Source: a virus
Taxonomy: Duplodnaviria; Caudoviricetes
DNA: 64,000 nt
Direction: 5' to 3' (one strand)
IMG/VR virus record: IMGVR_UViG_2791355104_000001
Below are positions 25,285-35,232 of the stretch, one piece after another. Under the pieces are notes generated by a model. It saw nothing but the letters and a program-made list of their open reading frames with translations. It ran no database searches and was not told the DNA's origin. Made by a program: the position numbers and the translations under genes. Position 1 is the first letter of the stretch, and every line of letters starts with the position of its first letter.

Positions 25285-27763
25285 ATACGAATTTATCATT
25301 TCCGCTAAAGACAAAACTGCGCAAGCGTTTCAATCGATCCATTCTGGATTGTCTGGCGTCACGAATGCCGCCAAGGCTTCAGCTGCGGCGGTGGCTGGCG
25401 TGGCCGTATCATTTGGCGCACTGACCGTGAACGCTGTGCGAAACGCGAAAGAGCTTGACGCATTATCGAAAGTGGCGGGCTATGGCGTTGAAGAATTTCA
25501 GGCGCTTAGCTACGCGTTTGACCAGTTCAACATCAGTCAAGAAAAATTCGCTGATATTTCCAAGGACGTTCAGGACAAGCTAGGTGACTTTTTAGCAACT
25601 GGCGGCGGTGAATTCGCGGATTTCTTTGAAAAAGTAGCGCCTCAAGTCGGTTTAACCGCTGACGCTCTGAAAGACTTGTCCGGTACCGATGTGCTTATTG
25701 CTGTTAAAAAGGCAATGGACGATGCGAACGTAAGCGCGAAAGAGCAAGTCTTCTACATGGAGTCGATCGCTAACGACGCTACGTTGCTACTTCCTGCGCT
25801 GAAAAACAATGGAGAGGCAGTCCGCCGTTACGCTGAGGAGTTCCGCGGACTTAATGCCGCCATGAGCCAGTCTGAACTCAACACCATGAAAGAAGTGGCA
25901 AACGATTTTGCTCGGGTTGAGGCGTCTCTAACTGGCGTTGGAAACAAAATTGCCTTTGAATTTTCACCGTACATACAAGCCGCAACGGATCTTCTGGTTG
26001 ATGCAACAAAAGAATCGAACGGATTTGCCAAGGAGATAAAGGAAGGTTTCGAAGCTGCCGAGGATATTATAATTACCACGGCGGGAGCTATTTCGATTGT
26101 CACTAGCATAATGGGTGATGCTTATGATGGCTATCGTACCCTTCCGGGATGGATGCAAGAGATTGGACTAGCTGGTGCGTTCATCGGAGGCAAGAAAGGC
26201 CTGGCGGTTATTGCTGCAACAGGTAAAGCATTAGATGGCGTAAAAAACACAGCAGAGTGGCTTGCTGCATACACGACGGGGCAAATTTCGTTCGCTGAAT
26301 GGATATCTGCTGACAACGAGGAAGCTGCTCAGAAGCTTGATGAGCTAAAAGAAAGTCTGGCAGGTTTTGGCGAGCAAGCTAGCAATATGCCTGACGTCTC
26401 CTTCGGTGATACTGATTCTTGGTTTAATAATTTCTCTGCGCGAGTAGATAAATATAAGCAAAAGCGGAATGAAGTTTCTGGCGGCCCGGAAGATGAAAAA
26501 AAACCTGCCCTTATCAATGTAACGAGAGCGGAAAGAGAAGCTAAACAGTTTTTAACTATCGTTGATCTCCTGAATGAAGTAAACGGCAATCCCATTCAGA
26601 TCGATACTGAATTTTCCGGATTGGATAGCGCTTCAGATTGGTTGCCGAAAGACCTTAATATCAACCTGCCTGTTTCGGGTAGATTCGATTTTGACGACAC
26701 ATTTAAATCATCAGCAGAGAATTATTGGGGGGATATTAACGACAACGGCTTCCTGAATTTGAAGCCCACCGTCGATTTAACAGAAGCATCCGCTGCCAAC
26801 CAGTCACTTATTGACTCTGCCGCATCAACGTTTGAACAAATTCACGAAGAGCGCCTTCGCTTTGCTGGGCTTGATGAACAAATAGAAGAGGAACGTTATC
26901 AGCGCCAACTGACGCGGATGCAAGATGAAATAGCGCTGATAGAAAAGAAAGGGTTACTGACTCAGGAATTAGAAGAGGAATATCGTCAGGCTCAACTCGA
27001 TGCAGAAGAAAATCATGCGTCGCGTATGCAGGAAATTAAAGGCGGGTTTTGGGAAAAGTGGCTAGAAGCGGCTGAAGAAAACCTGACAAATTTTGATGAG
27101 TTGTCGCAAGCCACGATAGAGACATTTTCGGGGCAGATGGGTAGTGCTCTGGAATCCGTGATGTTTGACTCTGAATCTACAGGCGACGCCATAAAAGGCA
27201 TAATTGAAGGTATGGCCAGAAGCACAGTTAGCGCGCTCGGAGCAATGGCCGCGCAATGGCTTGCCTATAAAGCCGTACAACTTTTAGTTGGAAAATCCAC
27301 TGCGGTGGCAGGGGCTTCAGGTCTTGCGCTGAACGCGCAGGCATCTTCTTTGATGGCAGGCCTCAATGCGTTTACCAGCACTGCCGCCATCCCAATCGTA
27401 GGTCCATTTGCAGCCCCGGCAGCAATGGGTGCGGCACTCGCTGTAACTCAGCCAATGGCAGCAGCGATAGGGGGATTAGCCGCCTCTGCTGCGGTAGCGT
27501 CTTACGACGGCGGTGGCTATACCGGAGATGGGATACGCGCGGGCGGGCTTGATGGTAAAGGAGGTATGCTGGCAATGGTTCACCCCCAGGAGTACGTCAC
27601 TGATTTCACAAAAGGTCAGCGACTAGGTGCAACTTCAGGAATGTCCATTAGCGTTACTAATCACCTCGCAGGATCTTCCGACGATATCTACGCTGCACTT
27701 GAGCGCCAGCCAAAGCGGTTGAAGCGCATGCTCAACAAAATCAGCAACAGGCCCATAGCATGA
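25277..27763 (+). CDS. Tape measure protein
   Basis: 828 aa, Ala/Gly-rich helical, ISAKDKT N-terminus, YDGGGYTG and VHPQEYV C-terminus. Confidence 0.92.
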   Translation: MNKYEFIISAKDKTAQAFQSIHSGLSGVTNAAKASAAAVAGVAVSFGALTVNAVRNAKELDALSKVAGYGVEEFQALSYAFDQFNISQEKFADISKDVQDKLGDFLATGGGEFADFFEKVAPQVGLTADALKDLSGTDVLIAVKKAMDDANVSAKEQVFYMESIANDATLLLPALKNNGEAVRRYAEEFRGLNAAMSQSELNTMKEVANDFARVEASLTGVGNKIAFEFSPYIQAATDLLVDATKESNGFAKEIKEGFEAAEDIIITTAGAISIVTSIMGDAYDGYRTLPGWMQEIGLAGAFIGGKKGLAVIAATGKALDGVKNTAEWLAAYTTGQISFAEWISADNEEAAQKLDELKESLAGFGEQASNMPDVSFGDTDSWFNNFSARVDKYKQKRNEVSGGPEDEKKPALINVTRAEREAKQFLTIVDLLNEVNGNPIQIDTEFSGLDSASDWLPKDLNINLPVSGRFDFDDTFKSSAENYWGDINDNGFLNLKPTVDLTEASAANQSLIDSAASTFEQIHEERLRFAGLDEQIEEERYQRQLTRMQDEIALIEKKGLLTQELEEEYRQAQLDAEENHASRMQEIKGGFWEKWLEAAEENLTNFDELSQATIETFSGQMGSALESVMFDSESTGDAIKGIIEGMARSTVSALGAMAAQWLAYKAVQLLVGKSTAVAGASGLALNAQASSLMAGLNAFTSTAAIPIVGPFAAPAAMGAALAVTQPMAAAIGGLAASAAVASYDGGGYTGDGIRAGGLDGKGGMLAMVHPQEYVTDFTKGQRLGATSGMSISVTNHLAGSSDDIYAALERQPKRLKRMLNKISNRPIA

Positions 27764-28350
27764 CGTTCCCCGTTGATAAATTTTCTGATGCGTCGTTTGA
27801 GTTGGTTCCGGATACACGATTGCCCTCAGCGCGTCTTTTCCGGTACCGCTCAAAGGGCAGTAAAGATCCTTACTACATGATCTCATTAACCAGCTCTATG
27901 TTGGACTACGCCGAAGGTATGGGCGTGGCCGCAGTGATAGATAGTTACATGGGGGGCGAAGCTATCTTCCCGCTACCTAATCCATTTCCCGAAATAGCAA
28001 GTCACACAGGGCTAACTTTAGCCCAGGTAGTGCAGCGGGGTGCTCGTCAGATCGTTATTGCAGGATTGCCAACAAATCGCTCCAACGCAGTTCCAGCTGG
28101 TGATTTTATCCAGATTTCAGGTTCTGAAAAGGCTTACCAGATTGCTATCGGAGATGACTCTGATTCGACTGGCCGTGCATTGGTGACGCTATCACAACCT
28201 GTCATACAAGCCTATTCCGCAAGTGCGCAAATTGCCTATGGCAAGCACGTAGAGTTTCAGGTCTGTGTTGAAGACCGCTCAAGCTGTGAAGTCAGCGCCA
28301 AGAATTCCAAATTTATCGTTCACGATGTCGAGCTAATAGAGCAACTATGA
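27760..28350 (+). CDS. Minor tail (distal tail-like) protein
   Basis: Coupled after tape measure; GDFIQI motif. Confidence 0.7.
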   Translation: MTFPVDKFSDASFELVPDTRLPSARLFRYRSKGSKDPYYMISLTSSMLDYAEGMGVAAVIDSYMGGEAIFPLPNPFPEIASHTGLTLAQVVQRGARQIVIAGLPTNRSNAVPAGDFIQISGSEKAYQIAIGDDSDSTGRALVTLSQPVIQAYSASAQIAYGKHVEFQVCVEDRSSCEVSAKNSKFIVHDVELIEQL

Positions 28351-28979
28351 TCCCGCTTTCAACTTCTCAATTGGACCGCTTAAAGCGCCGCGCCAATCAG
28401 GGGCGCACGTCCATTTACCTGATAAAAATGAAGATAGCCGGCACTTGGTATCGCCTGACCGATGCAGACATGCCAATCACCTACAACTTTGAGGTGTATC
28501 ACCCGGGTTACCTGAACGGCGATGATATTGATGATTTTGAGACCACGTCGGACCCCAAAACGAACGACATTACTATACCGCTTGATGCTAATGAAAAAAC
28601 GTTCGTGGCCTTATTTCTCGGCAGTGGTTGGATGAACGGTGAAGTGATTGTTTATGAGCATCACCGCGACGATGAAGGGGAAATATTTACCAAGAATGTT
28701 TATCAGGGGTTGTTAGATGATTTCTCTATCAGCGAGGAAAAGCGCCAGATAGACGTCAATGCGGCGTCCATTTGGTCTGACTTCGAAAAAACTTCAGGAA
28801 TTCGGACGAATACGGCCTCACAACAACGTTTCTATCCCGATGACACTGGCTTCAGGCACGTATCAAAAGCCCAACGAAAAATCTACTGGGGCAAAGAAGC
28901 GCCTATATCTCGAACCACGTATACCGGCGGGCGAGTCGACAAGCCTGTTGGTGCCAATCTACATTTTGCGGAAAAGTAA
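28347..28979 (+). CDS. Minor tail/hub protein (DUF2163-like)
   Basis: RLTDAD.PI, N.ASQQRFYP.D.GF, IYWG motifs. Confidence 0.7.
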   Translation: MIPLSTSQLDRLKRRANQGRTSIYLIKMKIAGTWYRLTDADMPITYNFEVYHPGYLNGDDIDDFETTSDPKTNDITIPLDANEKTFVALFLGSGWMNGEVIVYEHHRDDEGEIFTKNVYQGLLDDFSISEEKRQIDVNAASIWSDFEKTSGIRTNTASQQRFYPDDTGFRHVSKAQRKIYWGKEAPISRTTYTGGRVDKPVGANLHFAEK

Positions 28980-28982
28980 ATA

Positions 28983-31900
28983 ATGGGTCTTTTATCGGGT
29001 ATTGGCGATTTTCTCTTCGGCTGGATGGCGCCAGACGTTGAGCAAGCTGGCCCCCCAGGCACTGAACTAAACTCAGCCTCAACTGAAGCGAATATCCCTA
29101 AGATTTTCGGTAAGGTGAAAAAGCAAAGCGCCCTGGTCGCATTCAAACAAACGAATGACAACGACAGTGACGATATTAAGAATGATCTTCTGCACATCAT
29201 CGTCGTTTGGGGCTACGGTGTCGAGTCCATCGACGAGCTTTACATTGATGATATTGCTTACTCAAGCAACAGCACTGCGTTTGAGCACGATGGGGGCGGA
29301 AGGGCGGTTTATGCGGTCAATTTTATCAACGGCATGGATGGGTATGTCGACTCAAATCTAACTCGGGCTGGGTGGGGAACGAGCGATAAACTTACCGGCT
29401 TGGCTTGCACATACTTTCGGTTTGAGTATCACGGCGGCGAAAATGCCATTACTTCTGAGCCAAAGCTAACCGCAGATTTAACCGGCACGGCAGAAACCAA
29501 CCCAGGCTACGCACTCAAGGATTTGTTGAAGTCTCCGATTTACGGAAAAGGCTTGAACGACAGCTTTATTAATCTGCCCGCGGTTTCAGCTTGCAATAGC
29601 CTTTCCAGTCAATTAGTCGAAACCTATATTGGCTCAGGTGTCTATCGCCCGTTATTTACGTGCAACACTGCGCTTGACACTGAAAACTCGGTGTTCGATA
29701 ACGTCAATACTATTCTCAAGTCAATGCGGGCCATCATGCCCATATTGAACGGGAAACTCACGCCGATTATTGAACAGGACCAGGCACCGGTTCCGATAAT
29801 TATCACGCAAGACGATATTATTGAAATGGACGACGTTAAAAACTCGTCCAAATCTAACAGGTACAACCGTGTAATCGTAAAGTATTACGACCCAGATGCA
29901 GATGGCACCGCGCAGGAAGCGGTGTATCCCATTCCAGATTCTGACGAAGATGTGGCGTGGCTGGCTGAGGATAATGGCTTCCGCCTTGAAAAATCGTTCG
30001 ATCGTAAAACGTGCGACAACTACTACGAAGCATTAGAGCACGCAAAAACCTTGGCTCGCATATCGAGAGAGCAGCTTCATACAACCATCACATTGCCTAA
30101 GTGGGCAACGGTATTTGAAGTGGGTGATATTGTGCCTGTGCAGCACGACTACTACGAGTGGAACGAAGAAGCGTTTCCCGATTATGGGGGAAAGTTATTC
30201 AGGATCACATCAAGCAACGAAAACCGCCGAGAAGTCACGCTCTCTATTCGTGAACACCAACCTTATCTCTATGACTTTTTCGGGCAGGGCAATAAACCTG
30301 CGTTAGCCGATTCAGGCATAAACAACGCCCCTCCTTCTGTTCCAACGGGTGTTACTGTCACGCCTATCTATGACGGCAATAGGCAGCTTCGCATCAGTTG
30401 GAGCGGCGACGCATCCCGATTCGATTACCAGGTGCTTTCAGTAGGTGGCGATGTTGTCGAAACGAGTCGCATTGCACGCTCTTATGTGGAGTTGGCCAGC
30501 TACTCCCTTGGCTCTTACACTTTTCGCGTTCGCGCCGTGGGCGGCATGGCTGAGCTATCGGCATGGTCTACACCGAAAGATTTGGAAGTGTCTGGCCTCG
30601 ATTATTTCACCTGGAAAATTTATGCCGACGACATCAACGGTGCAAGCCCCAGCAAGACGGATGCGACGAAACCTTTCATTGGCTATCTATACGGGCAATT
30701 GAAAGAAACTTTTGATATTAACGCTATTGATATTAGTCAGTTCGGTTTCTTCCCAAACACGGCATCACAGTGGCTCTTTGGTGAGGGCACACCCCCTGCA
30801 GCGATGGGTAATGTCGGTGATACATATCTCGAACAAACTACCGGCGATATTTATAAAAAAACCAGCTCTGGCTGGGGCTCTCCTGTTGGAAATATTAGCG
30901 GTTCAGATGGTGATAAGTGGCTTTCTGGAACAAGTGCGCCAGCCGCTGGCACCGGCTCTAATGGTGATATGTATCTTAACACCACGAACTACGCGTTATA
31001 TCAAAAGGTAAACGGCACGTGGGAGCCTCGCGGCACAATCAAGGGTGAGCAAGGCATTAAAGGTGATACCGGCGATAAAGGAGACGACGGCGAAGACGGT
31101 AAATCAGCACCTAACGTCATCGCTCATCGCTTAATGAAGTGGGATTTCCGAACGAGTATCTACGGCTGGACCCCGCTTAATTATTCGTCTGCAAATATCG
31201 TTAATAAAACGCTGAGAGTCATTTCTAACGGCGGAGGCTCAGTAGGCATGAGTCGTCTGAATTTGCAAAGCGTTTCGGGTAGCGATTATCACGTCGTATT
31301 GCTCAAAGTTAAGTGCATTTCTGCATCATTAAACACCACAGCCAGGTTGTATTACATCAGGCAAAGCCAAGCGGGAACTGGCTACACGTCAACGCAGCGC
31401 GTCGATTTACCAGTGAAATATAAGCAGGGAGAGTGGACTTATTTAGAATTCGATATGCGCGCTGTATCGTTGTGGACGTCAAACAATTTGTACGGCGTTC
31501 GTGTTGACGTCGGACCGGCTGCTAACTATGAAATCGATTCAATCTACATAGGCTACTACGGCAATGCTGACGAGACTGATTATGACGACGGCCGGATATC
31601 GAATGATAGAATCCAGGCTAATTCAGACGGCACAATTTCCTACCAGCTCAGTAACGGCAGTTGGGTAAATCTCGGTAAGGTCACGCGTGCTGGATTGGGC
31701 GCAATTTCTGACTCAGAAGCGCAAGCCATGGCGGATGACGCACGTGATGCGGCTTTTCAAAATGCGTTAGCGTCTGCGTTACTGCGGAATCCTTCCGGCG
31801 AAGGGCTCAACTTCATGAACCCGCTATACCAGAATCCTGTAGATGGCGTACCTGTTTCGACGGGAAGTGGCGGTGAGTTCTCGATTAATACATGGTCTGG

Positions 31901-33131
31901 GCACCCGAACCCTTCCCGTGGCAGCATGCTTCAATTGACCGCAAACGCTTCTGGCGCTTACATGTATCTCGGCAAGACAGTTAGTGAATACAACATTAAG
32001 TTGATGCCGAACAGAAAATGGATTGTCAGCTTCTGGATAAAAACCGGGGAGGGGTATAGCTTCACGAACCAGGTGCACTTTGCTTATATAAATGGCAGTG
32101 GACAGCGGGTTCATTTATCCCAAAACTACACAACACCAGGTAGGTACAACGCCTCTCGCGTCTCAGTAGTTATGGATATGACGCAGAGCAACAACAGCGC
32201 AGTGACTGATGTAATATTGCGGCTTGATTGCGATACGTCAGGCTATTGGCTCCTGTTCGATCAGATAATGATTGAGCCGGTGAGAGAAAGCGACACGAAT
32301 GGCACGGAGCCTTCGCCCTACGTAAAACCTTTTTTGCAGCCCCCAATCCTGAAAAGCCAAATACTCCCTATGACCGCGCTGGGCGGGGCAAGAACGGCGT
32401 CGGTAACGTCATCGTCAAGCGAGCAGTTATTAACGTCCACTGTTGATCCTAGCTCATCATCGAAAGCACGGATTACGATAGCTTCACACACTCTGCAAAC
32501 TGGTGACGGACCAATTAACTACGGCGCTAAAAATATTGATGGTAAAGAGCAAGACAAATGGCACTACGTTTACATCGACGACCCTTATTTCGTAGGCGGA
32601 ACAACTTACGGCGCAACAACGAGTGTCGGTGATTTAACCGCTAACAATTATCGCTACTACATAGATGCCATTCAGACCTATGTGTCTGGCGGCGGCACAA
32701 CGTACCCGCCAATGCCTTACTGCCCGCACGCGGAAACGTGGCTCACTGAAACGCTGCAAGCGAAAGATGCTCAGGTTGGTGACACTATCGACGCAGTAAC
32801 GAATGGCGAAATTCATAAAGCTGAAATTATCTCTATTTGCGCCCATCGTTCTGACTGCGTGCGGATAACGAGTGCCAGCGGTTGTGTGAAAACAGTGTCT
32901 GTCTGGACACCAATTGATTTACGCGACGGCTCCACGATTCGCGCTATCAATCTCTGGGGGCATCAGATACTGGCGGAAGTCGATGGAAAGCTGGTTTGGG
33001 AAGATATCGTTAATCTCGAATTTATCGAAGACCAGCCGGTAATGCATTTATCGCTGGGCGGTATGAATTTCCTTGGCGGCAAAACCCCGCACAACCGTCT
33101 TGTAACCCACAACATACAACAAAAAAGGTAA
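28983..33131 (+). CDS. Tail tip/host-specificity protein with FN3-like, collagen-like, putative carbohydrate-binding and C-terminal Hint domains
   Basis: IPKIFG N-terminus, WxxG.xxP..G..GD.Y repeats, GEQGIKGDTGDKGDDGEDG, C-terminal C1247...HN1377. Confidence 0.88.
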   Translation: MGLLSGIGDFLFGWMAPDVEQAGPPGTELNSASTEANIPKIFGKVKKQSALVAFKQTNDNDSDDIKNDLLHIIVVWGYGVESIDELYIDDIAYSSNSTAFEHDGGGRAVYAVNFINGMDGYVDSNLTRAGWGTSDKLTGLACTYFRFEYHGGENAITSEPKLTADLTGTAETNPGYALKDLLKSPIYGKGLNDSFINLPAVSACNSLSSQLVETYIGSGVYRPLFTCNTALDTENSVFDNVNTILKSMRAIMPILNGKLTPIIEQDQAPVPIIITQDDIIEMDDVKNSSKSNRYNRVIVKYYDPDADGTAQEAVYPIPDSDEDVAWLAEDNGFRLEKSFDRKTCDNYYEALEHAKTLARISREQLHTTITLPKWATVFEVGDIVPVQHDYYEWNEEAFPDYGGKLFRITSSNENRREVTLSIREHQPYLYDFFGQGNKPALADSGINNAPPSVPTGVTVTPIYDGNRQLRISWSGDASRFDYQVLSVGGDVVETSRIARSYVELASYSLGSYTFRVRAVGGMAELSAWSTPKDLEVSGLDYFTWKIYADDINGASPSKTDATKPFIGYLYGQLKETFDINAIDISQFGFFPNTASQWLFGEGTPPAAMGNVGDTYLEQTTGDIYKKTSSGWGSPVGNISGSDGDKWLSGTSAPAAGTGSNGDMYLNTTNYALYQKVNGTWEPRGTIKGEQGIKGDTGDKGDDGEDGKSAPNVIAHRLMKWDFRTSIYGWTPLNYSSANIVNKTLRVISNGGGSVGMSRLNLQSVSGSDYHVVLLKVKCISASLNTTARLYYIRQSQAGTGYTSTQRVDLPVKYKQGEWTYLEFDMRAVSLWTSNNLYGVRVDVGPAANYEIDSIYIGYYGNADETDYDDGRISNDRIQANSDGTISYQLSNGSWVNLGKVTRAGLGAISDSEAQAMADDARDAAFQNALASALLRNPSGEGLNFMNPLYQNPVDGVPVSTGSGGEFSINTWSGHPNPSRGSMLQLTANASGAYMYLGKTVSEYNIKLMPNRKWIVSFWIKTGEGYSFTNQVHFAYINGSGQRVHLSQNYTTPGRYNASRVSVVMDMTQSNNSAVTDVILRLDCDTSGYWLLFDQIMIEPVRESDTNGTEPSPYVKPFLQPPILKSQILPMTALGGARTASVTSSSSEQLLTSTVDPSSSSKARITIASHTLQTGDGPINYGAKNIDGKEQDKWHYVYIDDPYFVGGTTYGATTSVGDLTANNYRYYIDAIQTYVSGGGTTYPPMPYCPHAETWLTETLQAKDAQVGDTIDAVTNGEIHKAEIISICAHRSDCVRITSASGCVKTVSVWTPIDLRDGSTIRAINLWGHQILAEVDGKLVWEDIVNLEFIEDQPVMHLSLGGMNFLGGKTPHNRLVTHNIQQKR

Positions 33132-33135
33132 AACC

Positions 33136-33516
33136 GTGGAATTAGATTTTTCGATACTCACAGACCAAGACGTCTCATGGAAGCAGCCGAAAGAGCGTGT
33201 ATTCCGCATGAACAACACGCCGCTGGCGGGGCAAATAGTTGTCGTTACCATCAATCGCGTGGACAAAGACACGAACTTGGATGGCGTGGTAGATACCGTT
33301 TACTGCGAGATATTCACGCGAGTAGCAGATGAAACCACAGGCGAAGTAGTGAACCTAAACGGGCCTCTCAGCACGTTCTTTGAAAACTCAAAGCAGTTAG
33401 ATGGATTAGAAGCAGCTGAAAATGTGATAGGCCCGTGGATTGCGGTCATGATTGACGAGGCATTGTACAGACAGTTGCGACGCTACCAGATTCAGCAATC
33501 GCTCAACCTAATATAA
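33136..33516 (+). CDS. Hypothetical tail-associated protein
   Basis: 126-aa ORF 4 nt after tail tip gene. Confidence 0.7.
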   Translation: MELDFSILTDQDVSWKQPKERVFRMNNTPLAGQIVVVTINRVDKDTNLDGVVDTVYCEIFTRVADETTGEVVNLNGPLSTFFENSKQLDGLEAAENVIGPWIAVMIDEALYRQLRRYQIQQSLNLI

Positions 33517-33621
33517 AACTAACGCCGGTATATAACCCGCGCTTGAAGGTTTAGCTGATTACCGTGGATTGCGTGGATAACGCAGCATTTTCGCCGCTTT
33601 ATGGGGTTTAGCGCGAGTTAG

Positions 33622-33653
33622 TGGTACAATAGCACTTGTAAGCCGTCTTACAA
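33622..33653 (+). promoter_or_regulatory. Extended -10 promoter with downstream palindrome upstream of doc module
   Basis: TGgTACAAT (33622-33630) then TTGTAAG-CCGT-CTTACAA (33636-33653). Confidence 0.5.
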
Positions 33654-33815
33654 AGATGTTGAACTTTTCTGCAGAACGCGCATACTAACCTGGTGCAACG
33701 GATTTATTACATGCAACAGATTTTATGCGGTTTGGAGCTAAATAAGAGTTTCAAACAGATGTTGCGAGTTAGTTGCGAACGCACAAAAGTATCAATTCAT
33801 TTTATAGGAGGCATC

Positions 33816-33986
33816 ATGGCCGCAGCACAGCAAAAACAAACAGGTTTCTGTTTGCACGCTCGCACTGCTAATGACGTTGTAAGACCTCGACCTTATAGCG
33901 GTAACCACAAAGACGTCGTTAACAAAGCGATTAATGAGTGCAGCTCTCGAAGTGCGCAAATTTTGAAAGAGTTGGCAAAGGTTTAA
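33816..33986 (+). CDS. Putative antitoxin of Doc (56 aa)
   Basis: AGGAGG RBS before ATG 33816; ends ILKELAK like Doc-neutralising helices; directly upstream of doc. Confidence 0.7.
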   Translation: MAAAQQKQTGFCLHARTANDVVRPRPYSGNHKDVVNKAINECSSRSAQILKELAKV

Positions 33987-34012
33987 CAAATTAACGTTAG
34001 TAGTATCTATCC

Positions 34013-34477
34013 ATGGAAGAAGTAGAGGGAATTAGGTATCTAGACGTAGATGACATTATCGAGTGTAACAAGAAGGCTCTAGCGGTAACTCCGCTGGAGT
34101 CTTTTGCTATATTAGATAGAGGAAAGTTAGAATCTGCACAAGCCCGGCCGAGCAGGCTCAGATATTATGAACAGTGTGAAGATGTGTTTTATCTGGCAGC
34201 AGCGGTTTTTATTAGCATTAACAAAGCGCATGCTTTCGAGAATGCGAATAAGAGAACCGGCTTTCTGGCAAGTCAAATATTCTTACAGATTAACGGCTAT
34301 CACTTCCAGCCCATGATAGAAGACGCTATTGATATCGCGGTAAAGGTAGCCAGCGGCGATGAAGAGCACAATAACGAGTTTCTACTATCAAGCTGGTTCA
34401 AAGCGTTCAGTAACCTCAATGAGGATTATGAAAGTAGCGAACAGCAAGGTGTACGCACACTCACAGTACCCAAATAA
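34013..34477 (+). CDS. doc: Doc (death-on-curing) Fic-family toxin
   Basis: LESAQARP and HAFENANKRTG Fic/Doc motif. Confidence 0.92.
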   Translation: MEEVEGIRYLDVDDIIECNKKALAVTPLESFAILDRGKLESAQARPSRLRYYEQCEDVFYLAAAVFISINKAHAFENANKRTGFLASQIFLQINGYHFQPMIEDAIDIAVKVASGDEEHNNEFLLSSWFKAFSNLNEDYESSEQQGVRTLTVPK

Positions 34478-34516
34478 AACTGCAATAAATTGCCAGCAAC
34501 AAAATCAGCTTAAAAA

Positions 34517-34541
34517 GAAGGCCTCATTCGAGGCCTTTTTC
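34517..34541. terminator. Bidirectional intrinsic terminator
   Basis: AAGGCCTC-ATTC-GAGGCCTTTTT preceded by an A-run. Confidence 0.8.
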
Positions 34542-34562
34542 AATTCCATTACTTTTAACTAC

Positions 34563-35138
34563 TCAAGCACTGAGCTTTTGCTGCCGGCGAAGGCAAAGAG
34601 CAATTGCGCCAAAGGCGAATAGGCCGAATGTGGCGGGGGTGGGGACGAAAGATAAAACGGTGTCATCAGAAAAATAAAACGCAGTCGAATTCGGGTAAAA
34701 GCTAATAACTCCTTTTGCTGGATTTCCGTTCCCAGCATAAGGCTCAACCACGACATGTATAAAGCCTTGGATATCAAAGGGGGTAGTGTTGTAAAAACTA
34801 CCTGTGTACACATCTGCGCCAGTGTCTTCAATGATTTCTGAGTGAAATACATGTCCGTTGGACATCAAGCTTATTTGAAAGTCGCCCACTATAGCATCGT
34901 TAAACTCGGTAACTATATCGGCATCAAGCCAAGTGAAAGTGTCGGTAAATTGGTATTCGAAACCAACGTATTTATATGCTGAGTTACTTAACAATAAGTT
35001 CGTATCGCCAACTATCGTAGGGTATCCAAATCCAATTTTACCAAAAGAACTGAACGGGTCAGATATCTTCGTGAAGCTAGCGTTGGCGGATAGTGAGGTA
35101 AATACGCTTAATAAAATAGCGGCTGTTAATAGTTTCAT
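34563..35138 (-). CDS. PEP-CTERM surface protein 1
   Basis: Signal peptide MKLLTAAILLSVFTSLSANA; C-terminal VPTPATFGLFAFGAIALCLRRQQK. Confidence 0.85.
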   Translation of the reverse strand: MKLLTAAILLSVFTSLSANASFTKISDPFSSFGKIGFGYPTIVGDTNLLLSNSAYKYVGFEYQFTDTFTWLDADIVTEFNDAIVGDFQISLMSNGHVFHSEIIEDTGADVYTGSFYNTTPFDIQGFIHVVVEPYAGNGNPAKGVISFYPNSTAFYFSDDTVLSFVPTPATFGLFAFGAIALCLRRQQKLSA

Positions 35139-35232
35139 GGTCAATTCCATTTGCTGGTTGGCTAAGTCCATAACTATGTATCAAAAAATATAATTTAACA
35201 AGTAGGCAGCTTTAAGTAACAGGATAAATTCT

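Noticed and set aside
33693-33815. N-terminal extension of the doc antitoxin ORF
   Set aside because: A strong AGGAGG RBS supports ATG 33816
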